Below the pieces are notes generated by a model that worked only from the letters and a program-made list of their open reading frames with translations, was not told the DNA's origin and did no database searches. Made by a program: the position numbers and the translations under genes. A stretch of DNA of 64,000 nucleotides, taken from Takakia lepidozioides. Taxonomy: Eukaryota > Plantae > Bryophyta. The first letter of the stretch is position 1; each line of letters opens with the position of its first letter. This document shows, piece after piece, positions 12,377 to 25,735 of this stretch. The stretch spans positions 68,820,001-68,884,000 of the forward strand of contig CM060732.1 of assembly GCA_030704615.1 (NCBI GenBank), read 5' to 3'.

Positions 12377-14621
12377 CTACATACCCCAACTGAACTTAAT
12401 ACATGGCACCCACCAACAGCCAGTAGACACATCTTTTGTTGCACCCTCAATCATCTCTTCCTCACTCACAAGTCCCTCCAGCTCGACCAGGAACTCAAAT
12501 CCATTGAGCCCAATCCGTCCTGAGATCAAGCGGTCGACTCTGTAAGCCTGATTCTCATTCGCCTTCTCTCCTTCAGTACAAGTAAGTAGTGGTTTGGGAG
12601 GTACCTGAACATGACGGGATTTTGCGTGCGCTGACGATTTCGGGTGGCCTATTGCAAAGTCAATGCCAGTTTCTAAGGATCCATCAATTACATACAACCC
12701 AGTGCTGACTTTAAGGCCTCCTGGGGATCTGGAGGCCTCCTTCAACTTCACTTGTGGCTGGACTTTGTGTTGTTCAGATCCTTCGAAGACTCCATCGACC
12801 ACCCGGAAAATGTGAACTGATAGCACAAAGTTCCTCTTGTCGGTCACTTCAAACACACACACATCTGATTCCTCAAGCCGATTGTCAATTGCAAACCTTC
12901 TCCATCCCCCACTCAGGACGCCATTGTTCCTTTTGGCTATCCAAATGGCAGGCCACTGCCTTCCAGCTGCATTGGTCAGAATCACTTCACACCTCTCTGA
13001 CGGAAGCCAGTCTTTTCCAAACTGCTTGGGTAGTCTCTGCATCAACCATCGTGCATCATCATAATCATGCTGAAGTTTGATTCTATGCACTATCCCTCAA
13101 TCAACCTGAGTCAGCTCCACTTCTATCTCTCCTCTCCTTAAACTGTTACCTTTGCTCTCTAATGAGCACAAGGGGCTACATTATTGTAGTTAGGCTGCAC
13201 AAAGTTTTAAGTCTTTTTCTCTTTCTGCATCTCTCTCCCCCTCTTATCTGCAGAAAAGTGAACATAATATCACATTGTCAGTAATGGTGCCGGTATACAT
13301 CCTATGCATTGCACATGAATTCAACAAGCGTTCACAAAATTAAAGGATTAGCAGGATCAGCGACTTACTAGCGCAAAACCTCTGTAGACATAACCTTTGC
13401 ACATCACCAGCACGGCACTGGGGTTACTGGTTTGAAATGCCTGAGCGTTGTGAAGAGCCCTACTCTTCTCAGCTTCTGTTACAGGCCTCCGTTGTGAAAC
13501 GACTACACCTTGCATCAGCAATGGAATCGGAAGCACTTCTCTTTCTTGCTCGTTCACAACGTTCATATCCTGCTCGGCTTCAGGTGGTTCTCGGCCAGAT
13601 TCCGGCCCACCTTCCTTACTCCCACAATCAGAGTCACTGGATTCCAGACTGACCAACTTAGGTTCTGGCGGGGAATCTTCTCCCTCATCTCGTCCCTTCC
13701 TCTTCTTCGCAAGCCTCGCCGGACTCTTACTTGTAGCTCTGTCACAGTGACTCCCATCGTCCTCTCTCTCCTTCCTCTTTTTTTTCCCCTTTCTTTTGCC
13801 AGGAGGTGTTGAGGGAGCCACAGGTACCTGGGAGCTGGTGTTCGTCGCATTGACGGCACTTTCTTTCCCCTTTCTTTTGCCCACAGGAGGTGTCGAGGAA
13901 GTCACAGGTACATGAGAGCTGCTGTTAGTCGCATGGACAGCACTTTCTTTCTCGCGCCCAGCCGCATCGAAGACCTGGACTTTAAACCGCGAGTCTTCTA
14001 TGAGAGTGAACACAAGCTGGTCTCCAGTCGTCACACCACTGTGAGATACAAAAAACTTCCACCCAAGTCTAAAGGCGACTGTACACTTCTGCACAGAACC
14101 CCCCACTTCCACTTCCCATTCTTGCCCAGTTGGTCCCTCCAAGATGACGCTACCTTGAAATCTGTCGCAATGAGCTTTCACGAACTCAATCGGAATTTGC
14201 TGCAACAGCCGTATGACAGTCGCTCGGACTCAGTGAGTGTCTACAGGGAGAGTTTTTAAATAGATGCTCTTATCAGCAATACTCCTCAAAATCCATAGCC
14301 TATCCAAGTGGTTTCCAGCAAATGCATGCAAATCACAGGCAGGCGTATGCAATTTCAAGGACCACTGCTACTACAACACAGGGAAACACCGCGAACATAT
14401 CAGCCTGAAGTAGTCTGACAAGATGAGGATATGATAACCACTGAACATTCGAAAACACTTACCATCATTGTATTCACCGTATTTTCTGCCATCTTGAGAA
14501 ACGATGGGTTGTGAGTAAGACCATGGTCTTCCTTTCGATTTCGTGTGTGGATTTTGAAACAATTGTGAGTGCACACGGAGCATACTTGGAACCCCTTCGC
14601 AGGCGCACGTACTCCCGTCAT
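12377..14621 (-). CDS. REM/VRN1-like protein with two B3 domains, N-terminal CxxCxxxCxxxH and possible C-terminal chromo-like segment
   Basis: Exons 14621-14463, 14199-13369, 13036-12377 with GT/AG in phase 0. B3 signatures IPIEFV...LEGPTGQEWEV...GWKFFV...GDQLVF and LPKQF...LTNAAGRQWP...GGWRRFAIDNRLEESDVCVFE. The 3' end may splice further (GGTATG at the apparent stop). Confidence 0.88.
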
Positions 14622-15632
14622 GTTGACGAGTAGAGATTTCGATGCCTGAACAAACCTCAGAACTGGAAATCGCTCCTCAAATCGCTCCTCCCAGCTGAGG
14701 CACTCGATCTTCGCTCAATTTCCATAAGCATTGAAGTGAAGAGACATGACCTCCCCACAGACACACACACCCTCCTTCTACTTCCAAGCCACTAACAAAG
14801 ACGTAAGGCAGTCAAGTCAAGCTTCTCGGAGAAAACAGATCGGCTGTGCATTGGTCACGCGATTATCCTGGTAGCTGTCAGAACTTCGCAATGCCCAAAA
14901 TCCACATGACATGTGAATTGCACACTCAGCAGCTCAAATTTTGCCACAGTAGCTCACAAACAAGTGAGAAACAAGGAAGGGTAGTAGAAGAAGAGAGGAA
15001 GCAAACAAGTACATTCAAGTATTCAGTTCACTCGTGAGAGATGAGCGACCACAGCGCAGAAGTCCGTTGAGTGAGAGAGACGAGGGGGGACATGGTACGT
15101 AGGGTACATGCACACATGGCGGCGCAGGCTCATGTTCTCGCTTCAAATTCTGTGCTGGGATGTGCCCCCCCGTAAGTGGGCATTACGGCCATCGCTGTCG
15201 CAGTGTTGGCTGCGAATCCAATCGCAACGAATCCCACTAACAGTAATCAACTCGCAGGGCAGTCCGCCGCCTGCGCATTCATCGCCTGCGCGCTCATTAT
15301 CACACGGGCCCTCCGTCCGCGCACATTCATCACGCATCCATCGCTGCTCTCGAGCGCACTCATCACATGACTTGCGAGACTGCGCCCTGTCACACACGCT
15401 GTGCGGGCTGCTGCCACGCGGCACGTAGGTCGCTAGGTAGGTAGGTAGGTAGGGCTATGGCTCCCACTCTAGCCTGCCGAGGACTCATCATTTGTAGTAT
15501 CTACGTATAATATTATTTTTTTTATTTTTTTATTTTTTATTTTAAGGGGAAACCTGGGAGCGACTGCTGAGTTCTTGGGGTGCGACTTGCCTTCACCTCC
15601 CCCACCCCAAGGTTATTTTTTCCTGCATTTAA

Positions 15633-16424
15633 CCCTTAAGTTCCCAAGCCCTTTTTTGACTTTTTACCAATTTTGGGTACCCAGCTGCAGTAAATTGCCC
15701 CTAGAAACCTACCAAAAATCATCCGGAGATTCCAGCCTTATAGCAATGGGCCCAGCTCATTCATGCATGACATACCAAAAAATGAGCCAAGTCCACTGTG
15801 GAAATTGTGAGATTATAGCGTTGGCCCCGACCTCAAATATCAGGTCCCAAAGAAAAAGTGAGAAAGAAATTGGTTTGACCAAATCAAAACCTAGCTTTAT
15901 CCAATTTTGCTTGCCCCAAGACCCACCATTTCCAAATCAATAGTGGAGTGGCTATGACCCCACTAAATTGCAGGTCCAACTGATTTTTTCACCTATGCTT
16001 GCTATGCATGCAATTACATGGGGGTTGAAATCTCAAAATTGATAAGAGAAAATGTGCCTCCAAAAAGCCAATGGTGGATGTGTGTATGTAATGCTCACAC
16101 ACCACAAGGTGAAGTATTTTTTCCAAAATTGCTAATTTTCTGCCAAAAATGGCCTTTGGAGTGCAATCTGTTTTGGGCTTGTTTACCTGCCACGTCAGCG
16201 GTCAACAAGCCCTTTTCAGGCCCCAAAACGTAAATGAGAGATCTAAGATATTTTTTGTAGGTCGTACCTTTTGTTTTTTCTTAATTTTGTTTTTTCATCG
16301 TACTCGAGACAAATCCCTTGTCATTAAAGCTTCAGGAGTGTGCCCCATCAGATTAGATCTGCAAAAATTAGGTCGAACTGCAAATTCAAAGTGACCCGAT
16401 TCAGGTCACTTGGGAACTTAAGGG
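15633..16424. mobile_element. Non-autonomous piggyBac-type element (MITE)
   Basis: Perfect 16-bp TIR CCCTTAAGTTCCCAAG (15633-15648) / CTTGGGAACTTAAGGG (16409-16424); TTAA on both sides (15629-15632, 16425-16428); CCC...GGG ends. Confidence 0.8.
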
Positions 16425-16477
16425 TTAAAGGCTTCTCTTTTTTTTTCTTTTTTTCTTTTTTTCAAAGGCCCTTGAGC

Positions 16478-16605
16478 TATAGGGTAATGGCCGAGTGAGT
16501 GGAGGGCATTCTCGGATTTAGGGCCTAACCCCGAGGGCGGTAGCCTGAGGGGAACACTCTTAAATCCGAAAATGCCCGACACGAGGGGCATTACCCTACA
16601 TAAAG
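16478..16605. repeat. Long imperfect hairpin upstream of the Crypton-like recombinase, candidate element terminus
   Basis: Outer stem TAGGGTAATG/CATTACCCTA; core CCGAGGGCGGTAGCCTGAGG; homologous to 28329-28453. Confidence 0.55.
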
Positions 16606-16997
16606 AAAGAGGCCATATTTCTTTTTCTTTCCCGTTTTCTTTTGTAGGTCATTTTGGCGTTGGCATACGCTGGCTTTTCTTTTTATCGCTCATGTTTGGT
16701 GTCAGCTGTGTTTGCGGCTTGTTTTCGGTTTGTACTCGTCGATTGAAGTCGAATTGTTGGATGCCAAATTGCAGAATGCTGGTGTCAATTTGGCGGGTGC
16801 TAAGGTCGAATTGCAAGTGAAGTTCTGAATGCACAACCACTTGAGCAAGTTGTTGTAGATAAGGGGCAGGCCTCCTATCTAGAAGAAAATTATGATGTAC
16901 CTACGTATCGAGGTATCGACGGAGGCTCGGGGAGTGATAATCCTCGGATGAGGAGAGTGCGGTTGTACAACCTGCAAAACTTGCTAAACGACGGCAC

Positions 16998-18165
16998 ATG
17001 ACCATTTCTGGTCAGGAGCATAAGATTGTCAACGAAGGTGGGCGGAGAAGGAGCTTAACTGCAGATGAATGGGCACGCAAGACCTTTGACGACTGGCGTT
17101 TGGAGAAAGGCTACCATACCAATATTTATGTGGAGGACCTGTCCGAAATGGAAGATCTGCATCCATTTGTCGATATGCTATCTCAGTTCATTTTGGAAGT
17201 GAACAAACAGGATGGGAAGGTGTATCCACCCAAATCTCTGCAATCCCTGATGCGTGGTTTAGGTCGGTTAATTCCAGCGCGGTGCAATGTAAGGGCTATC
17301 CAGAGTAGCAAAGTGTAGGAATGGTTCAATATCTTCACCGATGTTCGGTACCAAAAAGCAAAGGTAGCAATGATGACGCTATAATGAGGGCCTTCGGGGC
17401 TGGCCTAGGGAAAGTTCTGAAGAACTCAGACCTATTAACGCTCAATGAAGAGCTTCTTGTTCTGGCACAACCAATGTGTCAAGCCGACTCTCCTAGTGGC
17501 GTTAATTTCAAATTTATGTGGTACGCAACCCCAAATTTCTTCATCCGTGTTGCGTCGGGGGTGCGTGCTACCAAGATGCGGGACTTTACAATTACCAATA
17601 CTGTTCTTAGCAGAGTCTTAGAATACACTCCAGGGATTTCGAAAACCTCCAAGGTAGGTATTGAAAAATGCAGAGTTCAGGACCTCTGTAAACTTGTGAT
17701 GTGCCATGTTGATGATGTTATCCATACCTTCGAGGTACTTAAATCGCATCGACCTATTTTTAGTGTGGAGGAAAAGCCTCCTCACCCATTGTTTCTCACG
17801 CCGCTTTCGAAGTTTAAACCCAACGATGTCGTGTGGTTCTCGAAAGGCCTGTTGGCAGGAACACTCTACGGGGCATGACAAGAAAGATGACCGGTGGAGT
17901 TCCAGGTTTGAAGGACTAGCCTTCATTTCCAATAAGTCGGGAAGGAGCACCGGCATAACTCGTATGCAAGAGGCATTTGTGCCTTCGAGGATAGAGATGC
18001 AGATAACGGGGCATCGCGATGAGGAGAGCTACGAGAAGTATTCTCGTGTTGACAAGATGTTATAAGACCGGGCTACTCAACGTATCATTTCCGGTGAAAA
18101 ACACAAGGGCAAACCTTTGATGTTTGTTGATGCTTTTACAGGACGAAGTCCAAGCGTATGCTAAG
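16998..18165 (+). pseudogene. Crypton-like (DUF3504-type) tyrosine recombinase, frameshifted
   Basis: WARKTFDDW...FILEVNKQDGKVYPPKSL, SKT...G, LFL.P...WF, and SNKSGRSTGITRM...ITGHRDEESYEKY (HxxR-like, GH, catalytic Y) spread over three consecutive ORF pieces. Confidence 0.8.
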
Positions 18166-18408
18166 GTCCCAACGACGCTACCGCGTGAGCCTGGCACGTG
18201 AGCGTGTGAGCATACGCTCACACAACGATGACGTGGTGTCAGCCTACGCTCACGCAGCTGACGTTGCGCTGATGCTGACGTGGCGTGAGCCTAGTCCAAG
18301 TCATGCCACGTCACCACAAAGAAGGTGGGCCTATAACCGTGGAGCCTACAACTACTGATTTCACCACATGAAGGTGAAACGAATGAAGGGTTTCAAGCTT
18401 TCCTGGAG

Positions 18409-18650
18409 TTCAACCTTCTGTTAACAGGAGCTTCATTTCCTAGAACTGAAATGAACATTGTGTTAACATGAGGTTGTTTTCCTGGAACAAAAATCAACAT
18501 CGTGTCAACACGAGGTTGATTTGAACATCTCCAAATCAACCTTGTGTTGACACGATGTTGTTTTCTTAGAACTAAAATCAACCTTGTGTCGACACGAGGT
18601 GGATTTGGAGAACTTCAAGTGAACCTCGTGTTAACACGAGGTTGATTTGA
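18409..18650. repeat. Six palindrome units (consensus ATCAACCTYGTGTYRACACGAGGTTGAT) at exactly 42-bp period
   Basis: Unit starts 18409, 18451, 18493, 18535, 18577, 18619. Confidence 0.9.
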
Positions 18651-18827
18651 TCATCTGTCTATCTGAAGGTAGTTTCTTGTGTTTGCTAATGAAAACAGAA
18701 TGACAAACCAATGCGACAAATACGTTGACCCACGCATAGTGAAGATATTAGACGACATACATTGAGAGACACTGGACTTGAACAGTCATTCCATTACAAG
18801 TTGTAGTCAAGGAAAACACAGATTTCT

Positions 18828-19201
18828 TCATATCAAGTGCATGCTGTCTATGGGCTTGGATCGCCGCTGTAGAAGTGTGTTGACTTCGTTGAAAATCATA
18901 ATGGCTTGGTGAATGAAGAAGTCGCGCTTTGGATCACAAACCATCCTTCTCAAGAAAGAGCGAGTTAAAGGTGTGTTTGCATGGTATGAACTTCCTTCTC
19001 TTCCCAAACTACTTGAAAGCATACCAATAAAAATCAGGACAGGTACAATTGGGAAAATTGGAAACAGTGATGTCGTACGTCTTGTAAGCCTAGCGCAGAT
19101 GCGGATGAGATCACGGTGAAGACCCGACCATACCCTGGATCAGGCACTTCCAATGTTCCCGCAACACGAGCGTGAAGCATTCTCGCGGACTCGATTTTGC
19201 C
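18828..19201 (-). pseudogene. C-terminal (SWIM-region) part of element C transposase
   Basis: ESARMLHARVAGTLEVPDPGYGRVFTV and CDPKRDFFIHQA...NEVNTLLQR match B transposase ESARILQATVTRITEVPSPGYGRIYTV and CDGKRDQFIHQA...GEVITLLQR. Confidence 0.85.
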
Positions 19202-21199
19202 CCGGGGGGGTGCACTCCAGCCAGTATGTACCAGCCAAGTGATGTGCACAGGAGGGGGTATTTTAAACCCCCCCATGTACAACATTATACATACATGGGG
19301 GGTTTAAAACACCTTAAATATAATATAAAGGATGGGGTTGTTAAGTTTTAAAGGGTAGTCTAGTGGTAAGGACATTATTGGGTCGTGATAAACCGCGGGG
19401 TCAAAATCACGGGATCATTCTTTTTGTTTGTTTTTTTCCTTCTTTCTTCCCCCGAAGATCTTTCTCCCCTTCCCTCCCACGGGCTCTCTTCTTCCTCCCC
19501 TCCTCTCCTCGCCTCTCTTCTCCCCTCCTCTCCCGCGTTCTTGGGAGAGTCAGCTTGGTCTTAGCGGGTCGTTTCAATCTTTGTCTGCTCAGCTGCACCG
19601 TGGTGGTTCTCAAAGACCAATCCGACATTACTTGACTACAGACACCAGCAGCACACAGAAGAGAGGTCCTTTGGGTTGATGGGAGGTCAAATCCTCCATG
19701 GGTCATGACACAATGTCAAGGACAAAGTGGTGAGGGAACCTTCTTCTTTCGACCTATTTCAACCTGTTTTGCCCTCTCATCAGACTCGGCCCTGAATTTT
19801 GCAGCACGGAGCAGATCCTTCACGATTGTGGGACACTGCAATCGCAAAGTGTGGCGTTTTCTTAAGGTACGATGTGAAGAAGTTTGTCCACCCTTGCGAA
19901 TTTTCGAGTATATATGTGCTGCAGGTGCAGGTGCAGACACCCTATTGCTGGTTCTCCGCAAAACCCTAGGCCGGGTTTTCCAGGCCTCCACAAGAAATCT
20001 CGTCTCCTTTTCAGAGACATGTTGTTGTTGTCGTTTCAAAGGACGGAACGCCTTCGCTGCCGCAGGGGTTGCAACATTCCAGCCGCACTTTTCGTCAGGA
20101 TATCAACGAGCTGCCCTCTGCACATACGACACGAGCAGATCAGATCGGGCATGTGCCTCCAGGTATTTGTCATCACCTACAATGCGAGTCATGTCGTGTC
20201 GTGAATTCTTGTTCCATTGAGGCTGAGACCTCCAGAGGTGCCTCGTCGTAGGGGAAGTCGTCCGGAGGATGTCTTTCCATGAACTGATTGGATTCGTCGT
20301 TGCCGCCGGCACCATTGCCCAAAGGAGCAACCTTCCCAAGCCACTGGCAAGCACATCCCAGGATCTGACGCATTACATGGAACCAATAGCAGCACAATGT
20401 TCAAAGCTACTCTTCAACAGGTGCTCTCTCCTTCTCCGATAAACACCAGAGAATGGATTCATCTTAGTTAAACACCTGACCTTTTCTTCCATGTGCTTTT
20501 CAATTTGCAGGGTAAACAAGAAAGCTGGAAAGACCTCCAGAATCGCGCGCCATTGTGTGATTGGCTGGCTGTAAGTCTAACTTCATTAATTTCTTGTTAT
20601 TCTCACATTCATGACCCTACATAACCTAGAATAAGCATCTTGACGCCTAAGCAATCTATTATTCACCGTTGCACTCTAGGGCAATCTGGAAGCAATGTCT
20701 GCACATCGGACAATGTGTACAGAGTCAGGTCTATGGTTGTGGTGCCTTATATTCGAGAGTACGAGTTCCGATTGTGTTGTAAATGTATCACATGTGCAGA
20801 AGACATTGAATTTACCCCTGGATGCGCTGGTCCGTGGAGTGGAGAAGAAAGGCAATGACAACGAGCAGCTGGTCAGGCAGGTCGACAGTCTTGGAAGACT
20901 TGGGAGGATTATGGCATGGCCGACCTTGTTGTAGCCCCCTGCACTTAAAGCGCGCAGAAAGAGCACTGAGTCCGTCACATCCGTAGAACTCCTTCATAAA
21001 CTTTTTTTTCTGCATGATGAATGCTCGTTCACATGACTTCTACAAGCAGGCTCTCTAGGATTTGACAATGTTGCATGTGGTCACACTCGCCAGAAATCAG
21101 GCTTTGAATGAAGTAAGGGCACAACGTTCTTCGAACTTGCCGTTGCTACGGCGAGTTCAAGCCTAGAATCATCTGGTCTTTGGATCACCAGCGAAGAGA

Positions 21200-21960
21200 G
21201 GGAATTGGAAGAGTATTTAAACCGTGAGAAGGCGGGGGATCAAACATACGGAGACCGCCAATGAGGGCTCCCCCAAGGCTCAGTTCAAAGAACAGGAAGA
21301 ACACAGGCGTAAGATTTGTATTTCTTGTGCCATGAACCTGGACACAGAGCTGCTGGAGAGTGTATGGCGGGTTTCTGCAGCTATGGAGACACATGACCCC
21401 AGTGTTGTCAAAGTGGCTGGAATTTCCACTCAAGGATTTTGCTGACAACATTGGGACTAGTTCAAGAAGACATGCAACCCTGTCAAATCTTGTTGCCAGA
21501 TGGTGGCGTGGATTCTACGCACAAACACATCCCAATGGTACCAATGGACATGCAAGGAGTACGGACTATGGCTGACTTCGAGGTCTGGGAGGGAGCTCGG
21601 TACGACTGCATCCTTGGCATGCGGTGGCTGGATCCGGTTGATGCTGTGGTGGCTTGCAAATCCGGACTGGTTAGTGGTACCTTGCCCAACGGGAAGGGAT
21701 TCAATATCAAAGGTATTAGAGCTCTTCCCAATATACCTGTTTTGTCAGCTATTCAAATGAAGAGATGTATCCGGAAGGGAAATGCTCAGCTTTTTGCTGT
21801 TAGCTTGCATGAGATCTTGGAAACAAATCAGGGAGAAGGGAAGTCACATCCCAGACTTAGCCTGGTCCTGAATGAATATAAAGATATGTTTCCTGATGAG
21901 CTCCCTGGGATGCCCCCTGAACGGGAGATTGATCATGCAATCGAGTTAATGCCGGATGCT
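21200..21960 (+). pseudogene. Ty3/Gypsy gag-pol fragment (protease end to pre-RT linker)
   Basis: YDCILGMRWL and LNEYKDMFPDELPGMPPEREIDHAIEL, typical of Gypsy pol just before RT. Confidence 0.8.
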
Positions 21961-22844
21961 GTAACCGGTGCTGTGCTTACAGAGTTGTAAGTCGATGTTA
22001 GTGTAGACATCACAGGCCTTTGTTCGTCTGCAGCAGCAGCAGGGGCTATGATCTCTCTTTTGTATAGAGCGATGGTGTAAATACTATGACTAAGGTCTCA
22101 CAAGTGCTGATTTGAAAAGGGGCAGTTTAGAGTTGATTCTAGTCACTGTTTGTGAATACACTTCTGTGAAAAGACAAGTGCCTTGGAAATGTTGTTGATT
22201 TTCCTGTTGGATGAAATCAAGCAAGCAATTTTCTTTGGAGTTTTGGTAAATACCCTGTGAACAGCAAAACAAATAGAGTGCCTGAAATTGGTCATAGTTG
22301 GACAGAGGAAAGAGTGTCAGACCCCTTTCAAGGCCATCAGGTTGGGCTTGGTATTTTGGTCATTGTCATAGCCTGGGTTGGATTGTTTAGGGGAAGTATG
22401 ACTACAAGACACAAGCAGCACACACAAGAGGTCCTTTTGGGTTGATGGTCGGTCAAATCCTCCATGGGTCATGACACAAGGTCAAGGACAAGCTCCAGAT
22501 TTCAAGACAAGAAACCTGGGGTAGATAATCAACTTGAAGCCGTAGCAGCAGCAACACAATTGATAAAATCAGGCACTGCTGATGAAGGCACCTTCTTCAA
22601 CACATTTCACCCTGTTTTCTCTTCCTATCATAATCGGCTCTAAATTTTCATGTTGAATTCTGCAAGTTAGTTGGTTGAGTGAATCTAGGATAGTTTGGAA
22701 TGACTTTGACATGATATTGCAAATGTGACAACAGGAAAGTATCCAGAAACAGGTAACAGAGACAAGGAGAAGCTGTGGAATGAATATTTTTTTGACCCCA
22801 GACAATGGTGGGACAACTGAGGCAAAAAGGTGAATGCCTATCAG

Positions 22845-25446
22845 ATTACCAGGTGTCATTCTGAACACCGCCCCTACCCTGGTGGACATGTATGCCAAAT
22901 GTGGGTGCATCGAGGATGCCAAGGGATCAGTGTTCAACTCTATGGCTGAACGAGATGTGGTGTCGTGGAGTGCGATGCTTGCAGGGTATGCACAACAGGG
23001 GTGCGGGATGGAGGCTCCAACCTTTGAGCAAATGATGGGGGAAGGGGTGAAGGCCACCAACATAACGTTTGTGTGCGTTTGCAGTGCGTATGGCAGCCCT
23101 GGAAAAGGGCAAAGAGATCCCTGGTGACATCATCAAATCTGCAATTGTACTAGATGTCATCCTGAACATTGCTCTGGTGGCCATGTATGCCAAATGTGGG
23201 AGCATTGAGGATGCCAAGGGAGTGTTCAACACTATGGCTGAATGAGATGTCGTGTCGTGGAACGCGATGCTTGCAGGGTGTGCAGAGCAGGAGCGCGAGA
23301 TGGGGCTTTGGAGACCTGAAAGCAGATGATGGGGGAAGGGGTGAAGCTCGACCAAATCATGTTTGTGTGCGTTTGCAGTGCGTGTGCAAGCCTGTAGCCC
23401 TGGAAAAGGGCAAAGAGGTGCATGGTTGCATCACCAAAGCTGGAATTGTACCGGATGTGATTATGAACAATACCCTTGTGGACATGTATGCCATTGTGGG
23501 AGCATTGAGGATGCGGAGGGAGTGTTCAACACTATGGCTGAACGAGGTGGTGTCGTGGAACACGATTCATCCAAGAGGTCGATTTTAAACACAAGATTAC
23601 TTCTGATTCCATGCGGATCAATAGCTACAAGAAAGTAGATGGTCAACTAAAGGCAGCAGCTGCAGCGGCACAGTTGATAAAATCAGGCACCTCAACCATG
23701 ACCACAGCTTCTGAAAGAGAATCAAGAGAGGGAGTCCACAATGCCTCTTCTGGCACTTCTAGGCATGTGAAGATACTTTGTGCGACAGCCTGACAGAGGC
23801 TCTACAGACTCTAAAACAAGGAGGCAGTTCAGCAGATTTAGATATGTATGTCTGTCTCTTGCTTAAGTGCATCAAGATGGAAGGTCTCGAAGCTGGCAAG
23901 CAGGTGCACACTCACATTATCCAAAGTGGATTCACGCCAAATGTTTTTCTACTCAACACCCTTGTCAACTTGTATGTTAAGTGCCGGAACATCAGGGATG
24001 CTCACCAAGTGTTCAACAAAATGCCTCAATGATCTTTGATCACGTGGAATATTATGTTGAAAGGATTTACCAAGCATAGGTGTGGTAGGAACGTTTTGGA
24101 GACATATGAGCAAATGATGTGCGAAGCGGTGAAACCCAACCACATTTGTTTGTGTTTGCAATGCGTGTGAAAGCCTGGGAGCAAGCTAGAATTGTACCAG
24201 ATGTCATCTTGAACACTACCCTTGTGGACATGTTTGCCAAATGTGGGTGCGTTAAGGATGTGAGGGGAGTTTTCAACACTCTGGCTGAACGAGATGTGGT
24301 GTCGTGGAACGTGATGCTTGCAGGGTATGCACAACAGGGGCACGGGATGGAGGCTTTGGAGACCTATGAGCAAATGATGGGGGAACGGGGTGAAGCCTAA
24401 CCACATCACAATGCATTTCACCAGATTCAGATATGTATGTCTGTCTCTTGCTTAAGTGCATCAAGATGGAAGGTCTGGAAGCTGGAAAATAGGTGCATAC
24501 TCACATCATCCAAAGTGGATTCACGCCAAATGTTTTTCTACTCAACACCCTTGTCAACATGTATGTTATGTGTGGGAGCATCATTGATGCTCACCAAGTG
24601 TTCAACAGAATGCCTCAACGATCTTTGATCACGTGGAATATAATGTTGGCAGGATGCAATGCGTGTGCAAGCCTGGGAGCTCTGGAAAAGGGGAAAGAGG
24701 TCCATGGTGACATTGTCAAAGCTGGAATTGTACCAGATGTCATTCTGAACACTCCCCTGGTGGACACGTATGCCAAATGTGGGTGCATTAAGGATGCAAA
24801 GGGAGTTTCCATGGCTGAACGAGATGTGGTGTCGTGGAGTGCGATGCTTGCAGGGTATGCACAGCAGGGACATGATATGGAGGCTTTGGAGACCTATGCT
24901 CAAATGATGGGGGAAGGGGTGAAGCCCGACCACATCACGTTTGTGTACATTTGCAATGCGTGTGCAAGCCTGTTAGCTCTGGAAAAGGGCAAAGAGGTCC
25001 ATGGCGACATTGTCACATCTGCAATTATATCAAATGTGATTCTGAACAATACCCTCGTGGACATGTATGAAGGGAGTGTTCGACGGTATGGCTGAACGAG
25101 ATGTGCTGTCATGGAGTGTGATGATTGCAGGATATGCACAGCAAGGGCGCTGGATGGAGGCTTTAAAGACCTATGAAGCCTGCGCTTTGCATTGCATGAT
25201 GTTGAGGAAGAGCTTAAAGAATCGTCTCTTTGCCAACACAATGAGAAGCTGGCCATTGTTTTTGGGCTTATCAACACACCCTCTGGGATGTCTTTGGGGA
25301 TCATCAAGAATCTTCGGATGTGTGGTGATTGCCACACAGCCACCAAATTCATCTCAAAGATAGCTAAGCAAGAGATTGTTGTACGGGATGCAAACCGCTT
25401 TCACCACTTCCAAAATGGTGTTTGTTCTTGTGGGGAGTATTGGTGA
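22845..25446 (+). pseudogene. Rearranged, frameshifted PLS-class PPR repeats ending in a DYW deaminase domain
   Basis: Repeated TLVDMYAKCG...VVSWSAMLAGYAQQG...GVKPDHITFV; terminal HNEKLA...LRMCGDCH...[14 protein letters not shown] (25192-25446); many stops and frameshifts. Confidence 0.9.
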
Positions 25447-25559
25447 AATGAAATGCTTGTCACCTAATTGAATGTATTGAACTCTGTCAGCTACGAGTCA
25501 GGTTGGACTCCAACAGTGGCAGCAAAGGCGCACGAAATCTCTTTTTGGAGAGGAATTCT

Positions 25560-25735
25560 CAACAGTAGGTTTTGAAAGGTGCAGTGACTAGGTCTTGATG
25601 GTCTTCAAGAGGGTCACTCTCTGATGAAAATACCCAGGACTATATATCAGAAAATGGAAACTTTATTCAGGCCTCTTGCACATCGGGCATTGACAATGTC
25701 CTTTTCCTCTCTGCATCTGATTATTGTTCAAAGTG
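25560..25735 (-). mobile_element. Degenerate fragment of the RTE/RTEX-like LINE inside element D
   Basis: Reverse complement aligns by eye to ~2380-2550 (shared CATTTTCTGATA, CATCAGAGAG/CACCAAAGAG). Confidence 0.65.

Noticed and set aside
22845-25446. Functional editing factor or U-to-C type DYW:KP protein
   Set aside because: Many stops and frameshifts; E domains and the PG box are missing; no KPAxA or GRP/DRH signature seen.
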